DNA from: an uncultured Chloroflexia bacterium
GTDB taxonomy: Bacteria; Chloroflexota; Limnocylindria; Limnocylindrales; CSP1-4
Length of the DNA stretch: 64,000 nucleotides
NCBI GenBank assembly: GCA_963720755.1
Contig: CAVRGP010000011.1
Coordinates: 1-64,000, forward strand
Direction of reading: 5' to 3'
Positions within the stretch are counted from its first letter, which is position 1; the number at the start of each line of letters is the position of its first letter. A model generated the notes under the pieces. That model made no database searches and was not told where the DNA came from. It saw only the letters and a list, made by a program, of their open reading frames with translations. Of the stretch, positions 57,230 to 64,000 are shown one piece after another. Position numbers and translations under genes: made by a program.

Positions 57230-57595
57230 GTGACGGCCCCGACCACTGTCGACGAGTACCTGGGCGCCCTGCCCGACGAGCGCCGGACGGTTCTCGAGGG
57301 CATCCGGGCGACGATCCGGGCGGCGGCTCCCGACGCCACCGAATCGATCGCCTACCAGATGCCGGCGTTCCGCTCCAACGGGCGCTTTCTCGTCTCCTAC
57401 GCCGCGTTCAAACGACATTTCAGCCTGTTCCCGGCGAGTGACGCCGTCGTGGCGGCTGTCGGTGGCGAGCTGGAACCATTCCTGGCCGAAAAGGCGACGA
57501 TCCGCTTCACCACCGACGACCCCATCCCGCTGGACCTCGTGACGAGGATCGTGGAGGTTCGGCTGGCGGAACTGGCCGGAACGAACGGGTCATGA
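57230..57595 (+). CDS. DUF1801 (YdhG-like) protein
   Basis: TVDEYL, AAPDATESIAYQMPAF, AAFKRH.SLFP, K.TIRF...PIP. Confidence 0.88.
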   Translation: MTAPTTVDEYLGALPDERRTVLEGIRATIRAAAPDATESIAYQMPAFRSNGRFLVSYAAFKRHFSLFPASDAVVAAVGGELEPFLAEKATIRFTTDDPIPLDLVTRIVEVRLAELAGTNGS

Positions 57596-57633
57596 TCGCC
57601 GGCGACGACCCGGTGGCAGAACGAGGAAACCGC

Positions 57634-58578
57634 ATGCGCATCGGGATCGTGCTCCCCATCGCCGAGGATGACGGAGGTGCGGGCATCCTCAGCTACGTCC
57701 AGATCCGCGACGTGGCCGTGGCCGCCGAGCAGGCCGGGCTGGACTCGGTCTGGGTGTTCGATCACCTGCTCTACCGGTTCGACGGTGAAACGACCGGGAT
57801 CCACGAGTGCTGGACGATCCTTGCCGCGATCGCCGAGGCGACGAAGCGGGTCGAGCTCGGGACCATCGTCATGTGCACCTCCTTTCGGAACCCGGCGCTG
57901 CTGGCCAAGATGGCGGCCACGCTCGATCACCTCAGCGGCGGCCGGCTCATCCTCGGGATCGGCGCGGGCTGGCACGATCCCGAATACGACGCATTCGGCT
58001 ATCCGATCGATCACCGGGTCGGCCGGTTCGAGGAGGCATTGACGGTCATCCGGGGGCTGATCCGCGATGGTCGAGCGGATCTCGATGGCCGGTACGTCAC
58101 GGCCCGCGATGCCGTCCTTCGCCCGCCGGCGCGGCCGGACCTGCCCATCCTGATCGCCGCGAAACGCCCCCGGATGCTCGAACTGACCGCCCGTCATGCC
58201 GATGCCTGGAATCTCGCCTGGTTCGGCCTTCCGGACGAGCGACTGGCGCGGGTGCGTGGCGAATTGCTGGAGACGTGCCGACGGGTCGGCCGCGATCCCT
58301 CGACCTTGGCGTTGACGGTCGGGATCACGGTCCGCTACCCGTCGCTCGCGCCGTCGGGGGCGGGCGAAGCCGATGCTCCACAGACACCGGGGCTCACCGG
58401 AACGCCTGCCGAGATCGCCGACGGTCTGCTGGCCCATGCCCAGGCCGGCGCCGCCCACGCGATCGCGGTCCTCGAGCCGTGCACGCCGGAGACCGTAGAG
58501 GCGTTCGCCGAAGCGGTCGAGTTGTTCCGGGCGAAGTGGGGCACCGCGGCCGGATATGAGGCGGCGCCGTCCGCCTAG
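57634..58578 (+). CDS. LLM class (luciferase-like) flavin/F420-dependent oxidoreductase
   Basis: DSVWVFDHL, RNPALLAKMAATLD.LSGGRL.LGIGAGW, ARHADAWN. Confidence 0.92.
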   Translation: MRIGIVLPIAEDDGGAGILSYVQIRDVAVAAEQAGLDSVWVFDHLLYRFDGETTGIHECWTILAAIAEATKRVELGTIVMCTSFRNPALLAKMAATLDHLSGGRLILGIGAGWHDPEYDAFGYPIDHRVGRFEEALTVIRGLIRDGRADLDGRYVTARDAVLRPPARPDLPILIAAKRPRMLELTARHADAWNLAWFGLPDERLARVRGELLETCRRVGRDPSTLALTVGITVRYPSLAPSGAGEADAPQTPGLTGTPAEIADGLLAHAQAGAAHAIAVLEPCTPETVEAFAEAVELFRAKWGTAAGYEAAPSA

Positions 58579-59477
58579 AGGTCCTCGATCCCGCGGATGG
58601 ACAGACGAGGTCCGCGTCGGGGCGGTCGGATCCCGCTCAATTCCAACAGGCGCATGACCCTGGCTCGATGCCCGCGATACGGCTCCAGGAGCTCGAGCAT
58701 CCGGTCGTCCGTCCCTCGCGCCTCGCCCGCGAGTGCGTACGCCACGAGGTGCGGCAGATGGAAGTCACCGACGCTGACCGCATCGGGATCGCCGAAGGCC
58801 CGGGCGCCGACTTCCGCGGCGGTCCACGGCCCGATGCCGGGCACGGCCGTCAGTCGTGCGTATGCCTCCGGCAGCGGCAGCTCGACGGTCCCCTCGAACC
58901 AGGTCGCCCGGGCGGACACGCGGCGGATGAGGTCGGCCCGTCGCCGTTCCACCCCGAACGGGTGGTAGCGGTAGTAGGGGAGTGCGGCCAGCGTCGAAGG
59001 CGTCGGAGCCAGGCGCAGTCGCCATTCCGGTGGACCGGGGGCGGGTTCGCCGTGGGTCCGAAGCAGTCGGCGCCAGGCGAGCGATGCTTCGAGGCCGGTG
59101 ACCTTCTGTTCGAGGATGCCCGGGATCAGCGACTCGAGGACGGCTCCGGTCCGTGGGATCCGAACCCCGGGTAAGCGCCGGGCGAGGCTGGCGACGAGGG
59201 GATGTCCGATCGGGATCGGTTCGAGCTCGGACGCCAGGCCCAGCAGTCGCGGGACATCGTCGAGCGCCCGCTCGGCGCCCGGCCCATGCGCCTCGGCGAC
59301 GATCCGCTGGCCGTCGCGGTTCAGGGCGATCGCCGCGGGGCCATCCGCCGTCCGGGTCGCGCGCCACACCCGGTCCGCGCTCAACCGGATGGTCGCGTCG
59401 GCGGGGCCGTGGGAGAGCGGCGCGAGCGTGCGCCCAAGATCAAGGTCGCCGTTGACGACGAAGGTCCGAGTGGCCAC
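58575..59477 (-). CDS. DNA-3-methyladenine glycosylase II family (HhH-GPD)
   Basis: ILEQKVTG, VPGIGPWTA, DAVSVGDFH, LLEPYRGHR. Confidence 0.88.
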   Translation of the reverse strand: MATRTFVVNGDLDLGRTLAPLSHGPADATIRLSADRVWRATRTADGPAAIALNRDGQRIVAEAHGPGAERALDDVPRLLGLASELEPIPIGHPLVASLARRLPGVRIPRTGAVLESLIPGILEQKVTGLEASLAWRRLLRTHGEPAPGPPEWRLRLAPTPSTLAALPYYRYHPFGVERRRADLIRRVSARATWFEGTVELPLPEAYARLTAVPGIGPWTAAEVGARAFGDPDAVSVGDFHLPHLVAYALAGEARGTDDRMLELLEPYRGHRARVMRLLELSGIRPPRRGPRLSIRGIEDL

Positions 59478-59565
59478 GACGTGGATGCTCGCATGGATCC
59501 GATTACGTCACGATGTGCGCCGAAACCAGCCGGGACCACGGATCCGTGGTACCTTCGGCCCAGAC

Positions 59566-60174
59566 GTGCACCTGAAGAAGGTCGTCGCGAGCGTGGCGCT
59601 CATCGCCACCCTCGCCACGGTAGCCGTCCCTGGTCCAGCCGGTTCTCGGGTCCCCAGCCCAGCCGCCAGCGTGGACCCCGGTCTCTTCCAGCGAGTGGAG
59701 GTCGCGACGCTCGTGCGTGGGACGACGATGACGATCCAGCCCCTCGATCCAGGGGCGAACTCCGCTGGAGCCCTGGATCACGGTTCGACCCTGGTCGAGC
59801 CGGACCTGCGAAACGAGCCACCCCCGGCTCTGGTTCGACCCACCCAGAAGGACCCGACGGCCCAGTCGATCGCCAAGAACTACTGGCGGTTCGACGGGAA
59901 CATCTCGTGGTACGGCCCCGGCCTGTACGGGAACGGGACCGCGTGCGGTTTCAAGCTCACCAAGTCACTCGTCGGCGTCGCCCACCGAACCCTGCCATGC
60001 GGGACGATGGTCACCTTCCGCAACGTATCGACCGGCGCATCGATCACCGTGCCGGTCGTCGATCGCGGGCCGTACGTGTCCGGTCGTACGTGGGACCTGA
60101 CCCGCGGCGCCTGCGCGCTCATCGATCACTGCTACACCGGCACCATCGAATGGAAGTTCGCCTCGAGTCATTGA
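59566..60174 (+). CDS. RlpA-like (DPBB) lytic transglycosylase family exported protein
   Basis: Signal peptide, SWYGPG.YG..TACG, AHRTLPCGT, DRGPY...R.WDL. Confidence 0.88.
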   Translation: MHLKKVVASVALIATLATVAVPGPAGSRVPSPAASVDPGLFQRVEVATLVRGTTMTIQPLDPGANSAGALDHGSTLVEPDLRNEPPPALVRPTQKDPTAQSIAKNYWRFDGNISWYGPGLYGNGTACGFKLTKSLVGVAHRTLPCGTMVTFRNVSTGASITVPVVDRGPYVSGRTWDLTRGACALIDHCYTGTIEWKFASSH

Positions 60175-60182
60175 CCGCCCGA

Positions 60183-60620
60183 TCAGGCAGGTGGCTCCCA
60201 TCCCGGTGGCGCGAGCTCGAAGCCCTCGAATCGGAAGGCCGGTGCGACGATGCACCCGACCAGCGTCCAGTCGCCCAGCGGACGGGCTGCCTGCCAGACC
60301 CCGGCCGGGACGACCGCCTGCACGACCCCGTCGCCATCGAGGTCGCCGGACAGGCGATGGACCATCACCTCGCCGTCACCCTCGGCCCACGTCCGCAACT
60401 CGAGCGGGTCGCCGGCGGCGAACTGCCAGACCTCGTCCGCATCCACCCGGTGCCAATGGGACCGTTCCCCCGCGGCGAGCAGATAGAGGATCGCGCTGCT
60501 GCTCGGTCGAGCGCCCTCGTCCGCCTGCGCCCGCCACGTCTCGGCGTACCAGCCGCCCTCGGGGTGGGCGACCAAGCCGTATGCGGCGATCGCCTGTTCC
60601 GTCCGCGTGAGTCGGTGCAT
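60183..60620 (-). CDS. Cupin DUF985 family protein
   Basis: HPEGGWY.ET, I.YLL, SHWHRVDADEVW, LVGCIVAPAF.FEGF. Confidence 0.92.
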   Translation of the reverse strand: MHRLTRTEQAIAAYGLVAHPEGGWYAETWRAQADEGARPSSSAILYLLAAGERSHWHRVDADEVWQFAAGDPLELRTWAEGDGEVMVHRLSGDLDGDGVVQAVVPAGVWQAARPLGDWTLVGCIVAPAFRFEGFELAPPGWEPPA

Positions 60621-60706
60621 CCTGCGAGGATAGCCGCAGCCGATAGCGCCCCATCCGATCCGAGCCCACGCGCGAACGGTCGATAGCACCAGGAGACGCC
60701 CACAGG

Positions 60707-62332
60707 ATGACCGAGCACACGTCGTCACCATCGATGGACACGGAGGGTCGCGGCCGCTGGATCGGTCTCGCCTTGCTCAGCGTCGGCGTCGCGATGATCA
60801 TCGTCGACGCGACGATCGTGAACGTCGCCGTCCCGTCGATCATCACCGAACTGAACGTGGACGGGACGGCCGCCGAGTGGATCAACTCGTCGTACGCGCT
60901 GGTGTTCGCCGCGCTTCTGATCACGCTCGGGCGGATCGGCGACGTGTCCGGCCGTCGACGGCTCTACCTGCTCGGGCTCGTCATCTTCATGGGAGCTTCC
61001 ATGCTGGCGGGTCTGGCCCCGACGGGCGAGCTGCTGATCGCCGCACGCATCCTCCAGGGCGTGGGGGCGGCGATGATCCTGCCATCCACCCAATCCATCC
61101 TGAATACGAACTTTCGCGGCCGTGATCGGGCGATCGCCTTCGCCATCTGGGGATCGGTCATCGGCGGGATGGCGGCCCTGGGCCCGTTGCTGGGCGGCTG
61201 GCTGACGACCAATCTGAGCTGGCGCTGGGCGTTCTACATCAACCTGCCGATCGGCCTGCTGGCGATCGTCGGAACGTTGATCTACATCCGTGAATCGAGC
61301 GATCCGGAGGCCAGACGAGGATTCGATCTGCCGGGCTTCGTGCTCATCACGATCGGACTGTCCGCGATCGTGTTCGGACTCATCGAAGGCCGGACCTATG
61401 GCTGGCTGACGCCGAACCAGCCATTCACAGTGCTCGGCTGGACGTGGCCGCTCGATTCGATCTCGATCATCCCGTTCGCGATCGGTGGGGGCCTGCTGTT
61501 GCTCGGGTTGTTCTGGTGGCTTGAATCGCGTCGTGAGCGGGCGGGCAAGTTCTTCCTGTTCGACGTGACGCTCTGGAGCTACCGCGCCTTCCGCTTCGGC
61601 AACCTGGCCGGCACGATCGTGTCGCTGGGTGAGTTCGGCCTTCTGTTCGTCCTGCCCCTGTTCCTCCAGGCGGTCCTCGGCCTGACGGCCTTCGAGACGG
61701 GCGTCGTCTTCCTGGCGCTCGCGATCGGGGCGTTCGTCGCCGCGCCGATGGCCGGAGCCCTGGCACCGCGGATCGGACCTCGCCGGGTCGTCACGAGCGG
61801 GATGGCGCTCGAGGCGATCGGGATCCTCGCAACGACCCTGCTGATCTCGGCCGATCTTGACGCGCGACTGCTGCTGGCCCCGCTCTTCGTCTACGGCATC
61901 GGCGTCGGGTTCGCGACCGCGCAGCTCACCAGCGTCACCCTGTCGGACGTGCCGGCCGAGCGATCCGGACTGGCTTCCGGGACGAACTCGACGGCCCGGC
62001 AGATCGGTTCGGCGCTCGGGATCGCGATCCTGGGGACCGTCCTGTTCACCTCCCTCGCCCATGAAACGGCGGCCAATCTCGCGGAGGTCCCGGGATTGCC
62101 GCCCGCCGCCCAGGCCGGGATCGTCGACGCGATCGATGGGTCCGCCGGGCAGGCGCTGACCACGATCCGGAAGGACCCGGCCTATGCCCCGGTCGTCGAG
62201 CCGATCGAACGTGCCTTCGTCGACGCGACGCGATACGCCGGATTTGTCGCCTTCGCCTTCGTCATCCTCGGCCTCGTCTTCTCCTTCCTGTTGCCCGAGA
62301 CTCGCCCGGATCTCGTCGCCGACGTACCGTAG
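60707..62332 (+). CDS. MFS transporter (DHA2, 14-TM)
   Basis: D.TIVNVA.P, GRIGDVSGRRR, RILQGVG, GPLLGG, WRWAFYIN.PIG. Confidence 0.92.
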   Translation: MTEHTSSPSMDTEGRGRWIGLALLSVGVAMIIVDATIVNVAVPSIITELNVDGTAAEWINSSYALVFAALLITLGRIGDVSGRRRLYLLGLVIFMGASMLAGLAPTGELLIAARILQGVGAAMILPSTQSILNTNFRGRDRAIAFAIWGSVIGGMAALGPLLGGWLTTNLSWRWAFYINLPIGLLAIVGTLIYIRESSDPEARRGFDLPGFVLITIGLSAIVFGLIEGRTYGWLTPNQPFTVLGWTWPLDSISIIPFAIGGGLLLLGLFWWLESRRERAGKFFLFDVTLWSYRAFRFGNLAGTIVSLGEFGLLFVLPLFLQAVLGLTAFETGVVFLALAIGAFVAAPMAGALAPRIGPRRVVTSGMALEAIGILATTLLISADLDARLLLAPLFVYGIGVGFATAQLTSVTLSDVPAERSGLASGTNSTARQIGSALGIAILGTVLFTSLAHETAANLAEVPGLPPAAQAGIVDAIDGSAGQALTTIRKDPAYAPVVEPIERAFVDATRYAGFVAFAFVILGLVFSFLLPETRPDLVADVP

Positions 62333-62336
62333 GCAC

Positions 62337-62609
62337 ATGTGCCGAAGCATCAAGACCCTGCGTCGAGCCGACGAGGCGGCGACGACGGGTGAACTGGAGG
62401 CCGCCGCCCGCCAGTTCGTCCGCAAGATCAGCGGCTATCGTGTGCCCAGTTCCCGAAACGCCGAGGCGTTCGAAGGTGCGATCGCGGAGATCGCGGCGAC
62501 GTCCGCGCGGTTGATGGAGTCCCTCGGGGTCGATGTCGAGGAAGGCCCCGATCGGTGGACCCCCCGCCCGCGACCGGCCGGGGACGATCGGTCGCAGATC
62601 CGAGCGTGA
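62337..62609 (+). CDS. DUF2277 domain protein
   Basis: MCRSIKTL, AAARQFVRKISG...PS..N.EAF. Confidence 0.88.
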   Translation: MCRSIKTLRRADEAATTGELEAAARQFVRKISGYRVPSSRNAEAFEGAIAEIAATSARLMESLGVDVEEGPDRWTPRPRPAGDDRSQIRA

Positions 62610-63832
62610 CACCGCAGCCCTGGTGGGTCCGGCCCGGCCTCGACGTGGTTGCCGGCCGTTTGCGTATCGCCGGCGTGGATGCCGAATCCCTGGCTCGGGA
62701 ACACGGAACACCGCTGTTCCTGTACGACCGTGTCCGCTTTGCGGAGAACGCTCGACGGCTCCAGGACGCCCTGGATGTCGTCGGGATCCCGTATCGGTTG
62801 CGACTTGCACTCAAGGCCAATCCCGCGCCGGAGGTCCTCGAGGTGTTCCGCGGTCTAGGCCCGGCAGGGTCGGCCCGCAGTGTCGGGATCGATGCCTGTT
62901 CGCCGGGTGAGGTCGAACGGGCGATCGAGTGCGGATGGCGAGCGGACGAGATCAGCTACACCGGGACGAACGTCTCCGAGCGCGATCTCGACGTCCTCCT
63001 CGCCAGCGGCGTCCACCTGAACCTCGATGCGATCAGCCAGATCGAACGATATGGCCGGCGCGCTCCGGGCACGACGATCGGCGTCAGGATCGACCCGGGC
63101 GTGGGGGTCGGCTACAACGAACATCTCGAGTACGCGGGCGACCGACCGACCAAGTTCGGGATCGGGATCGATCGTCTCCCGGACGCGATGGCCGCCGCCG
63201 CGAACCACGGCCTGGCGATCGACACCGTCCATTTCCATGCCGGTTCGGGCTGGCTGTCGGCCGGCCTGACCGGGTTCGAGGCGGCGCTGCCGGTGGCCGT
63301 CCTCGCCGTCGATAGACTGCGTGGCGCCGGCCATGAGATCGCCGAGGTCAATGTCGGTGGCGGTCTTGGCGTCCCGGCCCGCGAGGATGAGCGCTCGGTC
63401 GATCTCGGCGCGTATGCGGCGGTCCTGGCTCGACACCTCGGACCGCTCGGCGTGACCGTCGGGTGCGAGCCCGGGGACCTGCTGACCAAGGACGCCGCGA
63501 TCCTGCTCGGCGAGGTCGTCACCGTCGAACGACGGCGCGGGGTGACGTTCGTCGGCCTCGATATCGGCTGGAATGTCAATTGCTCGTACTTCATCTACCG
63601 ATATGCCCAGGAGATCGTCGTCTGTCGCTCCGCCGATGCGGCACGGACGGAAGTGGTCACCGTTGCCGGCCACATCAACGAGGTGAGCGACGTCTTCGCC
63701 GAGGACTACCCGATGTCGCCGGTCGCCGAGGGGGATTTGGTCGCGCTCCTCAACGCGGGCGGGTACCACCAGGCGATGAGTTCGACCCACTGCCTGCGCC
63801 CGATGGGTGGCGCGATCTTCCTCGACCGATGA
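62606..63832 (+). CDS. lysA: Diaminopimelate decarboxylase (fold-type III PLP decarboxylase)
   Basis: GTPLFLYD, ALKAN, DACSPGE, TKFG, HFHAGSG, NVGGGLG, EPG, AGGY...MSS. Confidence 0.8.
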   Translation: MTPQPWWVRPGLDVVAGRLRIAGVDAESLAREHGTPLFLYDRVRFAENARRLQDALDVVGIPYRLRLALKANPAPEVLEVFRGLGPAGSARSVGIDACSPGEVERAIECGWRADEISYTGTNVSERDLDVLLASGVHLNLDAISQIERYGRRAPGTTIGVRIDPGVGVGYNEHLEYAGDRPTKFGIGIDRLPDAMAAAANHGLAIDTVHFHAGSGWLSAGLTGFEAALPVAVLAVDRLRGAGHEIAEVNVGGGLGVPAREDERSVDLGAYAAVLARHLGPLGVTVGCEPGDLLTKDAAILLGEVVTVERRRGVTFVGLDIGWNVNCSYFIYRYAQEIVVCRSADAARTEVVTVAGHINEVSDVFAEDYPMSPVAEGDLVALLNAGGYHQAMSSTHCLRPMGGAIFLDR

Positions 63833-63881
63833 GCCTGCGTCGGCGGCGCCCCCGAGGGTGCGGCCATATCATGGCGCGGAC

Positions 63882-64000
63882 ATGACGACTGACGGACCCC
63901 CGCCGACCCGGCACGTGACCAGTCGGCGGATCGTGGCGGTCCGTGGTGCGTCGCTCGAGATCCGCGATGACCGGGTCGTGGGCGAGGCGCCGCTCGAGAT
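63882..64000 (+). CDS. fdhD: FdhD formate dehydrogenase accessory sulfurtransferase (5' part only)
   Basis: Manual translation MTTDGPPPTRHVTSRRIVAVRGASLEIRDDRVVGEAPLE matches the FdhD N-terminal D.V..E.PLEI motif. Confidence 0.65.
   Translation, partial: MTTDGPPPTRHVTSRRIVAVRGASLEIRDDRVVGEAPLE

Noticed and set aside
56341-57230. Integron cassette around the aadA-like gene
   Set aside because: No attC-like structure or intI recognised, and the gene overlaps the betA stop codon.

Overview
A high-GC, gene-dense bacterial chromosomal window with about 70 CDSs. I found no rRNA, tRNA, CRISPR array, IS element or prophage. Gene content (multiple cyclase/LuxR STAND regulators, an LLM oxidoreductase, many apparently leaderless genes) resembles Chloroflexota or Actinomycetota; this lineage guess is inference. 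The main feature is a ~14 kb redox/sulfur island at 29.4-43.6 kb. Its core operon is ArsR, DsrE, DsrE, TusA, an atypical MvhD, HdrA with a GltD/NfnB-type NADPH module inserted, a second HdrA, a small wHTH protein, a QmoC-like FeS/heme-b membrane anchor and a hemerythrin. No HdrB, AprAB or hydrogenase is present in the window. A PadR gene, a convergent ArsR-DUF302-OsmC-hemerythrin run and an MsrQ-like/coiled-coil/ApbE flavinylation operon follow. Other notable items: (1) an ECF sigma fused to a zinc-finger anti-sigma domain, with twin divergent TGTATC-N17-CGTC promoters driving an AhpD-like/methyltransferase fusion; (2) a symmetric divergent promoter where both genes appear to start at ACG; (3) an orphan sulfatase maturase beside an arylsulfatase C-terminal relic; (4) several gene relics; (5) three net +1 frameshifts, probably assembly errors; (6) a chromosomal AadA/ANT(9)-like gene coupled to betA. 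All family assignments come from motif recognition by eye, not database searches.
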